A stretch of DNA of 64,000 nucleotides from Anaerolineaceae bacterium UBA6086. Lineage in GTDB: Bacteria > Chloroflexota > Anaerolineae > Anaerolineales > Anaerolineaceae. A program made the translations under genes and the position numbers. Below, one piece after another: positions 51,337 through 62,423 of this stretch. The stretch covers positions 23,279 through 87,278 of the forward strand of contig DIXG01000100.1 in the NCBI GenBank assembly GCA_002436005.1. Direction: 5' to 3'. The notes below the pieces were generated by a model, which searched no databases, was not told where the DNA came from, and saw only the letters and a list, made by a program, of their open reading frames with translations. Each line of letters starts with the position of its first letter. Within the stretch, counting starts at the first letter, position 1.

Positions 51337-52884
51337 TCAACTAAACGTTGATGATTCTAATTTTCTTTCGATAATCAGAGCGTGCACCTTATCAATCTCT
51401 GGCCCCCACCAGGCATCGCCAGGCTGATAGGCTACAGATTGACGGATGATCCCGAAAGCCTGGTTCGTACCAGACCCAAACTTAATTTGCGGAGATTGCC
51501 GCAACCGAAGATCAAGTGCACGGGCTGCTGTGTAAAGTTCAATCGCCAGTACATGTGCCGTGTTGGCAATAATTTGGCGTGTATGGCGCGCAGCAGTCAT
51601 CGCGTTGGCATTATGATCTTCCTGTTCCGCAGAAGTTGGCAAGGAGTGCACTGAATCGGGTGTCGCCAGGGTCTGGTTTTCCAGCACCAAAGAGGCAGCC
51701 GTATACTGTGGCATCATCAACCCCGAATTTAAACCAGCAGCAGACAGCCGATCCACCAGCATAGGCGGTAAATCAGCGTTCAGATGACCATCTGTCAGAC
51801 GGAATGTGCGCCGTTCAGATATTGACGCAACTTCAGTGAGTGCAATCCCAAGGAAATCCATCACCTGCCCAACCGGTTCGCCATGAAAATTACCGCCCGA
51901 AACAGCAACGCCCGGGTCAAAGAGAAGCGGGTTGTCTGTCGCTGCGTTGATTTCGGTTTCAACAATCTTTTTTACAAACGCCAATGTATCCCAACTCACA
52001 CCCTGAACCTGTGGTGCACAGCGTAATGAGTAGGCGTCTTGGACCCGACCGTAAGCGTCTGTTAATTCACTCCCCTCAGTTAACTTCCGCACTGCGGCAG
52101 CCACCTGGATTTGACCGATTTGGCCGCGAGCGACATGAAGCCGTTCATCAAAAGCCGCCAGGCACCCCATCACAGCTTCAAGCGTCATTGCCAGTGAGAC
52201 ATTTGCCGCATCCAGCAATGTGGTGGCATCATAAACAGCCAGCGCAGCAATAGCCGCAGAAAATGTGGCACCGTTATTTAAAGCCAGCCCCTCTTTTGCG
52301 CCTAATATGATCCGTTCAATACCTGCCTTTGCCATGGCTTCTTTGCCTGAGAGGATTTCGCCCTGATACCATGCCCAACCCGATTCTTCCTCCAGATTGC
52401 GATCATCTGTCGTGTAGACCAGCGCAAGATGAGACAATGGCGCGAGATCTCCCGATGAACCCAATGACCCCTGACAAGGAACAACCGGCGTCACGCCTTT
52501 GTTCAACAAAGATAGAAGTGTTTCAACAACACTGACCCTGACACCGGAATACCCCTTTGCCAGCGTGTTTGCCCTAACCAAAATGGCAGCGCGAACCACT
52601 TCTTCGTCTAAAGCAGGTCCTGTGCCCACCGCATGACTCAGGATTAAATTTCGGCTCAATCGGGCAGAGTCCTCATTGGGAATGCGCTGTTCGGCAAAAA
52701 TCCCAAAGCCAGTGTTGATTCCATAAACAGGTGCACCTTGCTCTACGATCTTCTCCACCCAATCATGGGCACGCATGATTGCCGCCTTCGCTTTCTCCCC
52801 CAGGATCACAGGCGCGCCATAGCGAGCTACAGCGACTACATCATCGATTGAAAGACTCTCACCATCTATTATGATCTGATTCAA
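51337..52884 (-). CDS. hutH: Histidine ammonia-lyase
   Basis: YGINTGFG, NLILSHA.G, GSLGSSGDLAPL, QDAYSLRC.PQ, GGNFHG. Confidence 0.88.
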   Translation of the reverse strand: MNQIIIDGESLSIDDVVAVARYGAPVILGEKAKAAIMRAHDWVEKIVEQGAPVYGINTGFGIFAEQRIPNEDSARLSRNLILSHAVGTGPALDEEVVRAAILVRANTLAKGYSGVRVSVVETLLSLLNKGVTPVVPCQGSLGSSGDLAPLSHLALVYTTDDRNLEEESGWAWYQGEILSGKEAMAKAGIERIILGAKEGLALNNGATFSAAIAALAVYDATTLLDAANVSLAMTLEAVMGCLAAFDERLHVARGQIGQIQVAAAVRKLTEGSELTDAYGRVQDAYSLRCAPQVQGVSWDTLAFVKKIVETEINAATDNPLLFDPGVAVSGGNFHGEPVGQVMDFLGIALTEVASISERRTFRLTDGHLNADLPPMLVDRLSAAGLNSGLMMPQYTAASLVLENQTLATPDSVHSLPTSAEQEDHNANAMTAARHTRQIIANTAHVLAIELYTAARALDLRLRQSPQIKFGSGTNQAFGIIRQSVAYQPGDAWWGPEIDKVHALIIERKLESSTFS

Positions 52885-52900
52885 ACTTTTCCTCCAGAAA

Positions 52901-53608
52901 TTAGAAAAACAACAAGCCTAAAACAACTGAAGTTAATGGGACGGTGACATTATCAATATCAGCAAAGGGCAGGGATTCTACTCCTGTTGCAGCCAGAGAA
53001 ATGATCCCAACAGGCAAAAGATAGTCTGTGATTGGTTTTGGAAAATACCCCGACTCAACAAACACCCACAGGACTCCCATCGCCAAAATAAAGCCTCCGA
53101 GCAACATGGTGAGGGAACCCACAATCGTCTTCTTCCGAGACCAGGGCAGCCTGGGGCCACCAAACCACTTCCCCGCCAGATCCGCCAGCCCATCGCCTCC
53201 ACACAGGATCATCAATGCCGCAATCCCGACTGGGCTGCGTCTCCAGAATAAAATCGTGAGTAAAACAAAAACAACACCATAAAAAAGGGGACCGCGCAAG
53301 ATCTCATGTCGATCTCCTGTGCGAGACATAGCATCCACAGAAGCAGGGTCCTTAATCACGCCTATTCCGACCAGCGCAAATTGGATAGTGATGGCAAGCG
53401 GGATCAAAGCCGCCATATAAGGTGCAAGCTTGGATTCGGCAAAAAACAACCAGCACAGAAGAAAAATCGGCCCTGTGCCAATGTGAATGATCTTCCGGCT
53501 GAGCGAGCTAGAAATCCAGCCTCTGTGGGCAAAGAAATCATTCAGACGCAGCCAAATCAGCGCGATAAGGAAAGTTAAACCCAGAGCTAATACATTACTC
53601 GTAAACAA
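52901..53608 (-). CDS. Phytol/dolichol kinase-like (cytidylyltransferase family) membrane protein
   Basis: SRKIIHIGTG, GDGLAD..G, KKT..GS, DN.TVP. Confidence 0.85.
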   Translation of the reverse strand: MFTSNVLALGLTFLIALIWLRLNDFFAHRGWISSSLSRKIIHIGTGPIFLLCWLFFAESKLAPYMAALIPLAITIQFALVGIGVIKDPASVDAMSRTGDRHEILRGPLFYGVVFVLLTILFWRRSPVGIAALMILCGGDGLADLAGKWFGGPRLPWSRKKTIVGSLTMLLGGFILAMGVLWVFVESGYFPKPITDYLLPVGIISLAATGVESLPFADIDNVTVPLTSVVLGLLFF

Positions 53609-53640
53609 TATCCGGCCACTTTCAGTTTAGAAATCTCTGA

Positions 53641-54132
53641 TTAATTATCCACTCGTTTTGTGCGATGATCCAGCGCTCGATGATCCATCGCCCGATCAAC
53701 TTCTCGAGCCATATCACGCTTCTTTATATCCTGGCGTTTATCATATTGACGTTTGCCCTTGGCAAGCGCGATCTCAACCTTTGCTAACCCATCGCGCAAA
53801 TAAATCACAGTCGGGATGATCGTCATCCCTTTCAGGCGCACGCCATCCCATAGCGCCCGGATCTCTCGTTTATGCAGAAGTAGCCGACGCTCCCTCTCAG
53901 GATCGTGATTGAAAGCGCTGGCCTGATCGTAAGGCGCAATGTGCGCGCCAACCAGCCAGGCTTGCTTGCCGTTCGTCCGCACATAAGCCTCTGATAACGA
54001 GACCTGTCCTGCTCGGATCGACTTGATCTCGGTTCCACGCAGCTCAATCCCAGCTTCAAAGGTCTCATAAAGTGTGTATTCAAATTTTGCTTTTCGATTT
54101 CTCGAAACAATCTTCATTCCATTCATAGACAC
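53641..54132 (-). CDS. smpB: SsrA-binding protein
   Basis: NRKA, EAGIELRGTEIKSIR, LLLHKREI, DKR. Confidence 0.97.
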   Translation of the reverse strand: MSMNGMKIVSRNRKAKFEYTLYETFEAGIELRGTEIKSIRAGQVSLSEAYVRTNGKQAWLVGAHIAPYDQASAFNHDPERERRLLLHKREIRALWDGVRLKGMTIIPTVIYLRDGLAKVEIALAKGKRQYDKRQDIKKRDMAREVDRAMDHRALDHRTKRVDN

Positions 54133-54292
54133 TCATTTTAACACAGACTGGCTTTAAAAATAACCTCACCTCCTATCAAACCACCGTTTCCGCTGATCAA
54201 ATCCTGAGGTTTGTTATAAACCTGTCGGAAAGGTATAATGATTACTCAAGGAAAATTTAGATCATAAACAAATTTGGGAGGAAGCAGTAGCG

Positions 54293-55219
54293 ATGGATAT
54301 ATCTCTGGCATTAGGCGGGGGCGGCGTTCGGGGGATCGCTCACATTGGTGTTTTACGCGCATTGGAAAACCATGGCTTTAAAATTAGAGCTATTGCTGGC
54401 ACAAGTGCAGGCGGTTTGTTCGGCGCTGTCTATGCGGCTGGTTTCAGCACAGAAAAAATTGAAGCCAAAGTCAACGAGATGAACCAGAACTGGTCCTTTG
54501 GGAGAAAATCCAACGATCGACCTTCACTATTGGGTTTATCTGGCATTATCGACATTCTTTCAGATATGTTGGGTGATACCACATTCAAAGAGTTAAAAAT
54601 TCCCTTTGCAGCCACAGCTGTCAGCCTTCATTCTGGTAAGGAAATCATATTGGGAAAAGGCAAAGTCATTGATGCCGTATTAGCCACAATCGCAGTTCCC
54701 GGTGTGTTTCCCAGCCAGGAAATTGGCGGCAGAGTGCTGATCGATGGCGGTGTGATGGACCCAGTTCCGGTTAGGGTAGCTCGCTGGTTGCAGCCCGATC
54801 TTCCCGTCGTGGCAGTGATGCTGCATAAAACCCCGGAGGGGTTTAGTGAAGAACTGCCGCCCCTAACCCTTCCTATTCCGGGCTCAACCACCATCATTGA
54901 ACATCTGACCAAACTCAGACCGGTGCAAGCTTTCCAGATTTTCGCTCAATCCATTGAGGTAGCCAGCAAACACCTGACCGAGCTTTCCCTGCGGTTATAT
55001 GAACCAGAGGTGATCATTGAACCTCGCGTTGGCCACTACAGCATTTTACAAGAGGTTGCTGCCAACGAATTAATAGATGAAGGGGTCAGGGCAGCTGAAG
55101 AAACGCTAAACGAAATTCGCTCAGAGGTTAACTGGATGCGCAAAATTCAGCGAAAAGTCAGACGCCGCATCGTCTCAGACCCTTACCCGGAGGAGTGGGA
55201 AATCGTTAGCGACAAATAA
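54293..55219 (+). CDS. Patatin-like phospholipase
   Basis: GGGGVRG, GTSAG, DGG. Confidence 0.92.
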   Translation: MDISLALGGGGVRGIAHIGVLRALENHGFKIRAIAGTSAGGLFGAVYAAGFSTEKIEAKVNEMNQNWSFGRKSNDRPSLLGLSGIIDILSDMLGDTTFKELKIPFAATAVSLHSGKEIILGKGKVIDAVLATIAVPGVFPSQEIGGRVLIDGGVMDPVPVRVARWLQPDLPVVAVMLHKTPEGFSEELPPLTLPIPGSTTIIEHLTKLRPVQAFQIFAQSIEVASKHLTELSLRLYEPEVIIEPRVGHYSILQEVAANELIDEGVRAAEETLNEIRSEVNWMRKIQRKVRRRIVSDPYPEEWEIVSDK

Positions 55220-55295
55220 CCCTTCCGGTGCACATTAACGCTTGCCAGCCCTGTCAGTCGACGGATAGTTAACCAATTAAAATGAGTCTCAAGTG

Positions 55296-55949
55296 ATGAG
55301 CGAAAGCAAGGAACCCGAAAAAATGCTGGTCGACGGATCGATATTCCGAGTTAAAAAACCTGATCCGGAAAGCCAACCCCAAAAAGCGTTACTGTTGCTT
55401 CATGGCCATCTTGGCAATGAAAACGTGATGTGGATTCTTGCCGATCCTTTGCCCAAGAATTATTTTATCCTTGCGCCGCGCGCCCCCATCCAGCTGGGTG
55501 AAAACCAGTTTAGCTGGCACAAAATTACGCCCCAATGGCCTGACTTTGACCACTACGGGCGTCTTGCCGAAAACCTCCTGGAGAAGGTGAGAATTTGGGA
55601 AAAGGAAAACGGATTGCAGTTTGAAAAATACGACCTAATGGGATTCAGTCAGGGTGCAGTGATGGCCTATGCGCTTGCTTTATTATTTCCTGAAAGGATA
55701 GGAAAAGTCGCAGCCCTGGCAGGGTTTATTCCTGCATCCTGGAAAACCGACACCCATCAACCCTTACTCAGCGGTAAAACTTTCTTTGTTGCCCATGGCA
55801 AAAAGGATGAAATTGTGCCCATTGAAAAAGCGCAACAAACCGTCAGCTGGCTTGAGAATCATGGTGCTGTTGTTGAATTTTGTGAGGCAGATATTGGTCA
55901 CAAAATCAGTGCTAATTGTTTTTCAGGTTTGGGCGAATTTTTCGGATGA
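55296..55949 (+). CDS. Alpha/beta hydrolase (phospholipase/carboxylesterase)
   Basis: LLHG, GFSQG, HG..D..VP, GH. Confidence 0.9.
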   Translation: MSESKEPEKMLVDGSIFRVKKPDPESQPQKALLLLHGHLGNENVMWILADPLPKNYFILAPRAPIQLGENQFSWHKITPQWPDFDHYGRLAENLLEKVRIWEKENGLQFEKYDLMGFSQGAVMAYALALLFPERIGKVAALAGFIPASWKTDTHQPLLSGKTFFVAHGKKDEIVPIEKAQQTVSWLENHGAVVEFCEADIGHKISANCFSGLGEFFG

Positions 55950-55955
55950 CACTGC

Positions 55956-56579
55956 TCAGCGACCACTGATCAGAGCTATCACCGCCAGGAAAAGGCCCAA
56001 AGCACCCAGACCGACAATGATCAAACCCATCGGAATTCCAGCAACCGTTGAACTTTCAGCACCTGCAGCATAAGTTGGAATTTCCAGCGGTGCAGGTTCG
56101 GTAAAAGTAGGTAATCGGGTGGCATCCGGTGTGACCAGGAATTGGGCTGCCAGGGTCGGGTCGATGGTGCGGGTCATGTTGGGTGTAGAGGTGGGAGGCG
56201 GTTCCAGTAAGGGAATATCTCCGCCGTAGAGTGTGACGTAATTTGCATACACCCAGGCTTTATTATTGGGCCCACCTATATATTCAATTTGAATCCAATC
56301 GCCATATCGTCCCAGGGCATTAGCTTGCTGATCAATCAGCAATACCCCAACTTTTTCAGTCAATGCATTAGGACCAGCACGAACATTGACCTGCAGCTCA
56401 GTTGCAGTGATCGCATTGACAACCACGAATGGGCCGCGCGGTGTGCTGGTCACTGTTGGGATTTCCCCTGTTGGTTGTTGCGAAAGCGAACCAGCCTGGG
56501 CAGAGGTGCTCATGCTTAGGATGAGGATCATCACAATCAAAATTAGGAAAACGATCGGGTGAACCCACCGATATTTCAT
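55956..56579 (-). CDS. SH3b-domain membrane-anchored protein
   Basis: Signal/TM, VNVRAGP...WIQI...AWVYA, Pro/Thr linker, C-terminal TM. Confidence 0.8.
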   Translation of the reverse strand: MKYRWVHPIVFLILIVMILILSMSTSAQAGSLSQQPTGEIPTVTSTPRGPFVVVNAITATELQVNVRAGPNALTEKVGVLLIDQQANALGRYGDWIQIEYIGGPNNKAWVYANYVTLYGGDIPLLEPPPTSTPNMTRTIDPTLAAQFLVTPDATRLPTFTEPAPLEIPTYAAGAESSTVAGIPMGLIIVGLGALGLFLAVIALISGR

Positions 56580-56691
56580 CAAAGACTCCAAAGATTAGAT
56601 CAAAATGACTTACCAAAGGGATTATAATCCATTGAGTTATAATATGAAAGTCGGCACCAGCAAACATCAGGTTTATGAAGGAAGATCAGAT

Positions 56692-57294
56692 ATGGCTGTC
56701 ACACGCATCTATCATGGAAACCTTAACCCCAGCGACATCGCGCGTGATCTCATTGCCCACTTCAACCGGGGCAGCTTTCGCGTACAGTTGATCGGACAGG
56801 ACCCAAAAATCGCTGTTCAAATCGCCACACATCAAATGAGTCGTTCAGGTGGGCAGACAGCCTTAACGGTAACCATTCACAAGGTTGAGGATGGGGTCTC
56901 TATCCAGGTTGGCGAACAGGCATGGCTGGGTGTCGCAGCGAGCTTGGGGATGACAGCCCTCAGTGCACTCAAAAACCCTCTTTCCCTGCTGGGACGCATA
57001 GATGATATTGCCCAGGATATCGAATCACTACAGCTTGCAGAGGATGTGTGGGGGGTTATTGAATGGTCTTCCCGTCAGCACGGGGTCGGCAAAGCCCTAT
57101 CAGACCGACTCAATCGTTATATTTGCCCCTACTGCAACACGCCAAACCCCCAAGGAGAAAACCTGTGCATTGCTTGCGGAGCACCCCTGGGCGATATTCA
57201 ACCGTTAACCTGTCTCAACTGTGGCTTTGTTGTCAAGAATTTTGAACGTGAATGTCCTAACTGCCACGCCAAACTACCTCAAATAGCTAACTGA
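56692..57294 (+). CDS. Zinc-ribbon domain protein (four CxxC pairs)
   Basis: CPYC, CIAC, CLNC, CPNC at C-terminus. Confidence 0.8.
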   Translation: MAVTRIYHGNLNPSDIARDLIAHFNRGSFRVQLIGQDPKIAVQIATHQMSRSGGQTALTVTIHKVEDGVSIQVGEQAWLGVAASLGMTALSALKNPLSLLGRIDDIAQDIESLQLAEDVWGVIEWSSRQHGVGKALSDRLNRYICPYCNTPNPQGENLCIACGAPLGDIQPLTCLNCGFVVKNFERECPNCHAKLPQIAN

Positions 57295-57309
57295 ACGCTT
57301 GATCAAAGG

Positions 57310-58809
57310 TTAAAATTCGCGCCATTTTCGCCCATCTGCCGAAATGAAATCATCTGCGCCGTGCGGTCCCTGTGTGCCCGCCTCGTATATGGGCAGGTTT
57401 TTCAGGTTTTGCGATTTCCAGGCTTCAATAATCCCCTGAGTCAGCCGCCATGCTTCCTCCACCTCATCACTCCGGGTGAAAAGCGTCGCATCGCCGGTCA
57501 AACAATCCAGCAACAGCCGCTCATAGGCTTCCGGAGGTTCACCGCCAAAAGCTTCTGCATAGTTGAACCGCATCTCCACTGGTTCAATATTCATTGCACT
57601 CCCGGGGGCTTTGGCGCCCAGGAAAAGGGTGATGCCCTCGTTAGGTTGAATCTGAATCACCAGCATATTAGGCGCATCACCCGCCAAATTGCGCTGCCCA
57701 AAAAGAGCAAGCGGAACCTGGGTAAATTGGATAGAAATTTCCGTTGCGCGCGCAGGAAGCCGCTTACCTGAACGAAGATAAAAAGGCACACCTGCCCAGC
57801 GCCAGTTGTTGATGAACAACCTGGCTGCCATGTAGGTTTCTGTGATCGAATCAGATGCCACATTCGGCTCATCGCGATAGCTCGCCACCCTTTGTCCATT
57901 GATGTTGCCAGAAACATATTGCGCCCTGAAAGTGTTCTTGATTGCCTGGTCTCCGGAAATATTGTTAATTGATTTGAGAACTTTTACCTTTTCATCGCGT
58001 ACTGCTTTTGCATTAAAGACTGCAGGCGCCTCCATCGCGGTCAGGGACAAAAGCTGCAAGAGGTGATTCTGAAAGACGTCCCGAACCACCCCGGCGTTGT
58101 CGTAGTAGCCCGCCCGCGTACCAACGCCTTCGGTTTCTGCCATAGCAATCTGGATATGATCGATATACTTGCGGTTCCACAAAGGTTCAAAAATGCCGTT
58201 ACCAAACCGAAACGCCAAAATATTTTGAACCGTTTCTTTGCCAAGGTAATGATCCATGCGATAAATTTGATCTTCGTTGAATACAGCATGCAGTTCGTTA
58301 TCCAGAGAAAGCGCCGTCTCAAGGTCTCGCCCGAAAGGTTTTTCAACAACGATTCGACGCCAACCCGCAGGGCATACCTCCAGTTTGGATTGACCAATAT
58401 TCTTCACAATCGTCGAATAGTTTCCAGGTGGTGTTGATAAATAAAATAAGGTGTTTTTTACGCCGATTTTTTGTAAAACCCGGTCTAATTCCTGATAACC
58501 AGCCTGGTCCTCAAAGGTAGATTCCACATAAAACGATTTTTCCAGCAATTTTTCCAGTATGGCATCATCAATAGGTTGAGTTCTCCCATACTCGTAGACC
58601 CCTTCCCTGAGAACATTTCGCATCTTTTCATGCGACCAGGGACGCCGCGCAAATCCAATGATATAAAAGGGATCGGGCAGGCGACCATTCTTTGCGTTTT
58701 CATATAACCCTGGCAACAACTTTCTGCGTGCAAGGTCACCCGTTACACCAAAGATGACAATTGCGACGCCGTCTGAACAAGGTTTATTTTCAATGTCAAT
58801 CTCGGGCAT
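57310..58809 (-). CDS. zwf: Glucose-6-phosphate 1-dehydrogenase
   Basis: GVTGDL, EKPFG, RMDHYLGKE, RW.GVPFY. Confidence 0.96.
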   Translation of the reverse strand: MPEIDIENKPCSDGVAIVIFGVTGDLARRKLLPGLYENAKNGRLPDPFYIIGFARRPWSHEKMRNVLREGVYEYGRTQPIDDAILEKLLEKSFYVESTFEDQAGYQELDRVLQKIGVKNTLFYLSTPPGNYSTIVKNIGQSKLEVCPAGWRRIVVEKPFGRDLETALSLDNELHAVFNEDQIYRMDHYLGKETVQNILAFRFGNGIFEPLWNRKYIDHIQIAMAETEGVGTRAGYYDNAGVVRDVFQNHLLQLLSLTAMEAPAVFNAKAVRDEKVKVLKSINNISGDQAIKNTFRAQYVSGNINGQRVASYRDEPNVASDSITETYMAARLFINNWRWAGVPFYLRSGKRLPARATEISIQFTQVPLALFGQRNLAGDAPNMLVIQIQPNEGITLFLGAKAPGSAMNIEPVEMRFNYAEAFGGEPPEAYERLLLDCLTGDATLFTRSDEVEEAWRLTQGIIEAWKSQNLKNLPIYEAGTQGPHGADDFISADGRKWREF

Positions 58810-59054
58810 AAAGACTCCTGCTGCTTCGGTTACAATAATTATTCTAATTATGCCAATTGTACTAGAAATATGATCTATTATCACCATTTCGAGTTTGTTT
58901 GAGAAGAGATCTACCAGAGAAACCGCCAATTCAATCGAAGTTTAAAACCAATCCACAATAAAAAAGCATTCTTTTCAATCCAAACGAAGTTGTTATATAA
59001 TACTTGCAGTGATCAAGATGATCTGAGAATTCAATCAACTCCCAAAGGAAGACT

Positions 59055-60005
59055 ATGGCTGAACACCCTTTACGGATATTTACCGGGAATGCCCACCCGC
59101 AACTTGCCAACGATATCGCTAATATCCTTGATGTCCCCCTTGGAAAATCAAAAACGGTCATTTTCCCTGATAGTGAAACTTACGTGATCATCGATGAAGT
59201 GGTCAGAGGTCAGGATATCTTTATTGTCCAACCCTGCAGCATCCCGGTCAACGAACACTTGATGGAATTATTACTTTACCTGGATGCTTTCCGACGTGCC
59301 AGTGTTCACTCCGTTAGCGTGCTCATGCCCTATTTTCCATATGCCAGGCAGGACCGCATGGCGAACGGGCGGGAAGCCATCAGCGCCAGGGTCGTGGCAA
59401 ACCTGTTAGAAAATCAGGGCGCAAATCGAGTCATTTATGTCGATATTCACAATCAGGCGATCCAGGGATTCTTTAATATCCCTGTTGATCCGCTAACTGC
59501 CATACCAGTGTTAGCAGAATACTTTCGAAAAGATTGTTACAAGGACTGTGTCATAGTCAGCCCGGACGTGGGCAGAGCAGGTGTCGCAGGAAAATACGCA
59601 GAGCTGCTGAACCTCCCCCTGGTGGTGATGCACAAACGACGCACCTCTGCCACCGAAACACACACCACCCATGTGGTGGGTGATATTCGCGGACGCCGGC
59701 CAATCATCATCGATGACGTGATGTCAAGCGGCAGTGTCTTAAAGCAGATTGATGCCCTTTACGATGCAGGAGCAGAAGGTAAAGCTTATTTCTGTGTTAC
59801 CCATCCTGTGCTTCTGCCCACGGCAATCCAGCAGCTCAATGAGGATGATCGCATCGAAAAACTTGTCGTCACTGATACAATTTCGATCCCTCCCGAAAAA
59901 TTATCTTCAAAAATTGAAGTGGTCTCCATCGCGCCTCTACTGGCAAAAATTATTGAGCGTATTTATCACGGCTTTAGCATTTCTGATCTGATTTATCAGC
60001 ATTAG
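59055..60005 (+). CDS. prs: Ribose-phosphate pyrophosphokinase
   Basis: [28 protein letters not shown]. Confidence 0.95.
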   Translation: MAEHPLRIFTGNAHPQLANDIANILDVPLGKSKTVIFPDSETYVIIDEVVRGQDIFIVQPCSIPVNEHLMELLLYLDAFRRASVHSVSVLMPYFPYARQDRMANGREAISARVVANLLENQGANRVIYVDIHNQAIQGFFNIPVDPLTAIPVLAEYFRKDCYKDCVIVSPDVGRAGVAGKYAELLNLPLVVMHKRRTSATETHTTHVVGDIRGRRPIIIDDVMSSGSVLKQIDALYDAGAEGKAYFCVTHPVLLPTAIQQLNEDDRIEKLVVTDTISIPPEKLSSKIEVVSIAPLLAKIIERIYHGFSISDLIYQH

Positions 60006-60052
60006 AAGTTGCACAAATTTTTTATTCAGTAATTTATTTTGGAGGATTCATC

Positions 60053-60895
60053 ATGACCAAGATTAATGCAGACACAACCTGCGGATTACCCCTGCGTGAA
60101 TTAGCAGAAATGGAGGTGGATGTCATCCCACAAATCATCATTTTCGATGAGAAACCCTTGCGCGATGACTACGAAATTGACACCCCCACCTTTCTTGCAA
60201 AGTTAAAAGACGCCAAAGATCTCCCAAAAACTTCCGCACCCCCTCCCGCACTTTACGAACCGCTCTTCCGCGCCTATGCTCAACAGGGCCACAGCATCGT
60301 GATCCCGGCGCCATCGACTGAACTGAGTGGCACCTTTCGATCTGCTGAGATGGCAGCCGAAATGGTGCCTGAGGCTGATGTCCACATTCTCGATACCCGG
60401 ACAATTGCTGGAGGATTGGGGGTTTTGGTGAAGAAAGCAAAACAGTGAGCAGATCAGGGCATGGCACCAGAAATAATTGTTGAAGAAATGAAAGCCTTAG
60501 CACAACGCGAAGTGGTTTATTTTCTCGTGGATACGCTCGAGTATCTTCATAAAGGCGGGAGGATCGGAAATGCCGCCTACCTGATTGGCAGTGTGCTTCA
60601 AATGAAGCCAATCCTTGGGCTCGAAGATGGCAAGATAACTGCGGTTGAAAAACAGCGCACTTCGGTAAAAGCACTCAATAGGCTCAAGGAACTGGTTCTG
60701 AATCAATGCCCCACCTGCAATGAATCGGAAATCACGGTCAGCCATTGCGGAGGTCAGGCTCGCGCCGAACAACTGGCAAAGGAACTTGATCAAGCCTTAA
60801 ATATCAGCCCTATCCCTGTATACGAAGTTCCCCCAGCGATTGTCGTGCATGGTGGTCCCGGGATAATCGAGGTTAGTTTCTTCAAACAGCCATAG
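60053..60895 (+). pseudogene. DegV/FakB family fatty-acid-binding protein interrupted by in-frame TGA (60446-60448)
   Basis: Two same-frame ORFs joined by TGA-GCAGATCAGGGC; KTSAP, LSGT, L.KGGRI, HGGPG motifs split across the halves. Confidence 0.8.
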
Positions 60896-60918
60896 GATTT
60901 TCTCTAATGCATTCATCC

Positions 60919-60947
60919 CAGCCCGATCGTTTATTCGGGCTGTTTTT
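60919..60947 (+). terminator. Intrinsic terminator
   Basis: CAGCCCGA...TCGGGCTG followed by TTTTT. Confidence 0.75.
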
Positions 60948-60958
60948 ATACATTCTGG

Positions 60959-62113
60959 TCAAAAAGACTCTTCCAAGATGATGAGCAGCTGGCCATCTGT
61001 CAACCTGACCAGATTACTCTTCATACTTGAAGACACTTTCGCTTTTTCGATAATTGCCGGAAAGTCGCTCTTTTTTATGCCCATTGCATGCAATCCAGGG
61101 ATGTTGAGATCTTTTGCCAGTGCTGCCACCCAGGCAACGCCCTCAGAAATCGAAGCTTCCTGGACACCAGTCAGCATTTGGGCAACCGCGCGGTACCGCC
61201 TTTTACCTTCCCCACCCTCCTCATCTTCGTCCAGGGCTATGGCATTCACTTTCATCACCGCAGGCAGTAAACAGGCACAGATGACCCCATGAGGTGCGTC
61301 AAACATCCCACCGATTGGTCCTGCAAAACCGTGCACTGCCCCCAGGCCGCTATTTGCCAGCGCTAACCCGCCGAACAGGCTGGCAACAGCCATATCTTCT
61401 CTTGCCTGGGTGTTCGCTCCGTTTTGATAAGCATTCAAAAGCGATCGTCCTCCCCGTTGAATGCCTTCCCTGGCAATCGCGTCTGTCATCGGGTTTGCTC
61501 GCAAAGAAACATAAGCCTCAATCACCTGGGTGAGGGCATCCATCCCGGTACTGGCGGTCACTGAGGGGGGCATGCTGTAGGTTAATTCGGGATCCACCAC
61601 CGCCAATCGGGGGATCATCTTCACGCTCCGCATACTCACCTTGACATGCTTTTCTGGTGAACTGATCACGGCATTGCGGGTAACCTCGGTACCCGTACCT
61701 GCTGTGGTCGGAATGGCAATCATGGGGAGGGAGGGGTTTGGAATCTCCTTTCCACCACCAATCACCTCGAGGTAATCCATCAACCCCCCGGGGTTATTCA
61801 GCATCGCGGCAATTGCTTTAGCCCCATCCAGCGAGGAGCCGCCACCATACCCAATCACAAAATCACAACCAGCGCTCTTGCCAAGTCGAACACCTGCTTC
61901 CACAGTGGGAATATCCGGCTCTTTGGCTATCCGAAATATATCAGACTCTACTCCGGCGTGTTCAAGCACATATAGCAGCGGATCCAGGGCAACCGATCCG
62001 CTCCCGCAGACAATTAGCGCATGTTGCCCCATCTGCTGTGCTGCCGTTATAAGCTTTGATAATGCACCATTTCCAAAAATGATTCGGTCTGAAGTGACAA
62101 ATTCAAATTGCAT
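60959..62113 (-). CDS. Iron-containing alcohol dehydrogenase
   Basis: GGGSSLDGAK, PTTAGTG.E, DALTQ..E, GAVH...HG. Confidence 0.92.
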   Translation of the reverse strand: MQFEFVTSDRIIFGNGALSKLITAAQQMGQHALIVCGSGSVALDPLLYVLEHAGVESDIFRIAKEPDIPTVEAGVRLGKSAGCDFVIGYGGGSSLDGAKAIAAMLNNPGGLMDYLEVIGGGKEIPNPSLPMIAIPTTAGTGTEVTRNAVISSPEKHVKVSMRSVKMIPRLAVVDPELTYSMPPSVTASTGMDALTQVIEAYVSLRANPMTDAIAREGIQRGGRSLLNAYQNGANTQAREDMAVASLFGGLALANSGLGAVHGFAGPIGGMFDAPHGVICACLLPAVMKVNAIALDEDEEGGEGKRRYRAVAQMLTGVQEASISEGVAWVAALAKDLNIPGLHAMGIKKSDFPAIIEKAKVSSSMKSNLVRLTDGQLLIILEESF

Positions 62114-62117
62114 GTGA

Positions 62118-62423
62118 TCACCAGGCTGAATCTTCAGGGAAAATGTTTTCATAAATCAGCTTTGTCCGCCCAGATGCCATCATATCAGCAACCGCTCGAT
62201 TCCAACGCTGATAATGTGCTGTCTCTTTATGCTTTACCGGGTCTTTGTCTGTGCGATATACCTCAGTCAGAAGAAACTTGTTCGGCTCCCCAATCAAACG
62301 CAGGACATCAAATCGGACAATACCTGCTTCCTGCAAACTTGCCGCCGCGTTGATCTTTGTTTCAGCAATGAAATCATCAACACACTCTGGTTTGACATCA
62401 ACAAAAACCTGTACAATGTACAT
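62118..62423 (-). CDS. Antibiotic biosynthesis monooxygenase/LsrG-like protein
   Basis: E.G..RFDV, F.L.EVY, HKETAHY. Confidence 0.85.
   Translation of the reverse strand: MYIVQVFVDVKPECVDDFIAETKINAAASLQEAGIVRFDVLRLIGEPNKFLLTEVYRTDKDPVKHKETAHYQRWNRAVADMMASGRTKLIYENIFPEDSAW

Noticed and set aside
60446..60490. Selenocysteine in DegV
   Set aside because: The position is not a conserved Cys or redox site and no convincing SECIS-like hairpin follows
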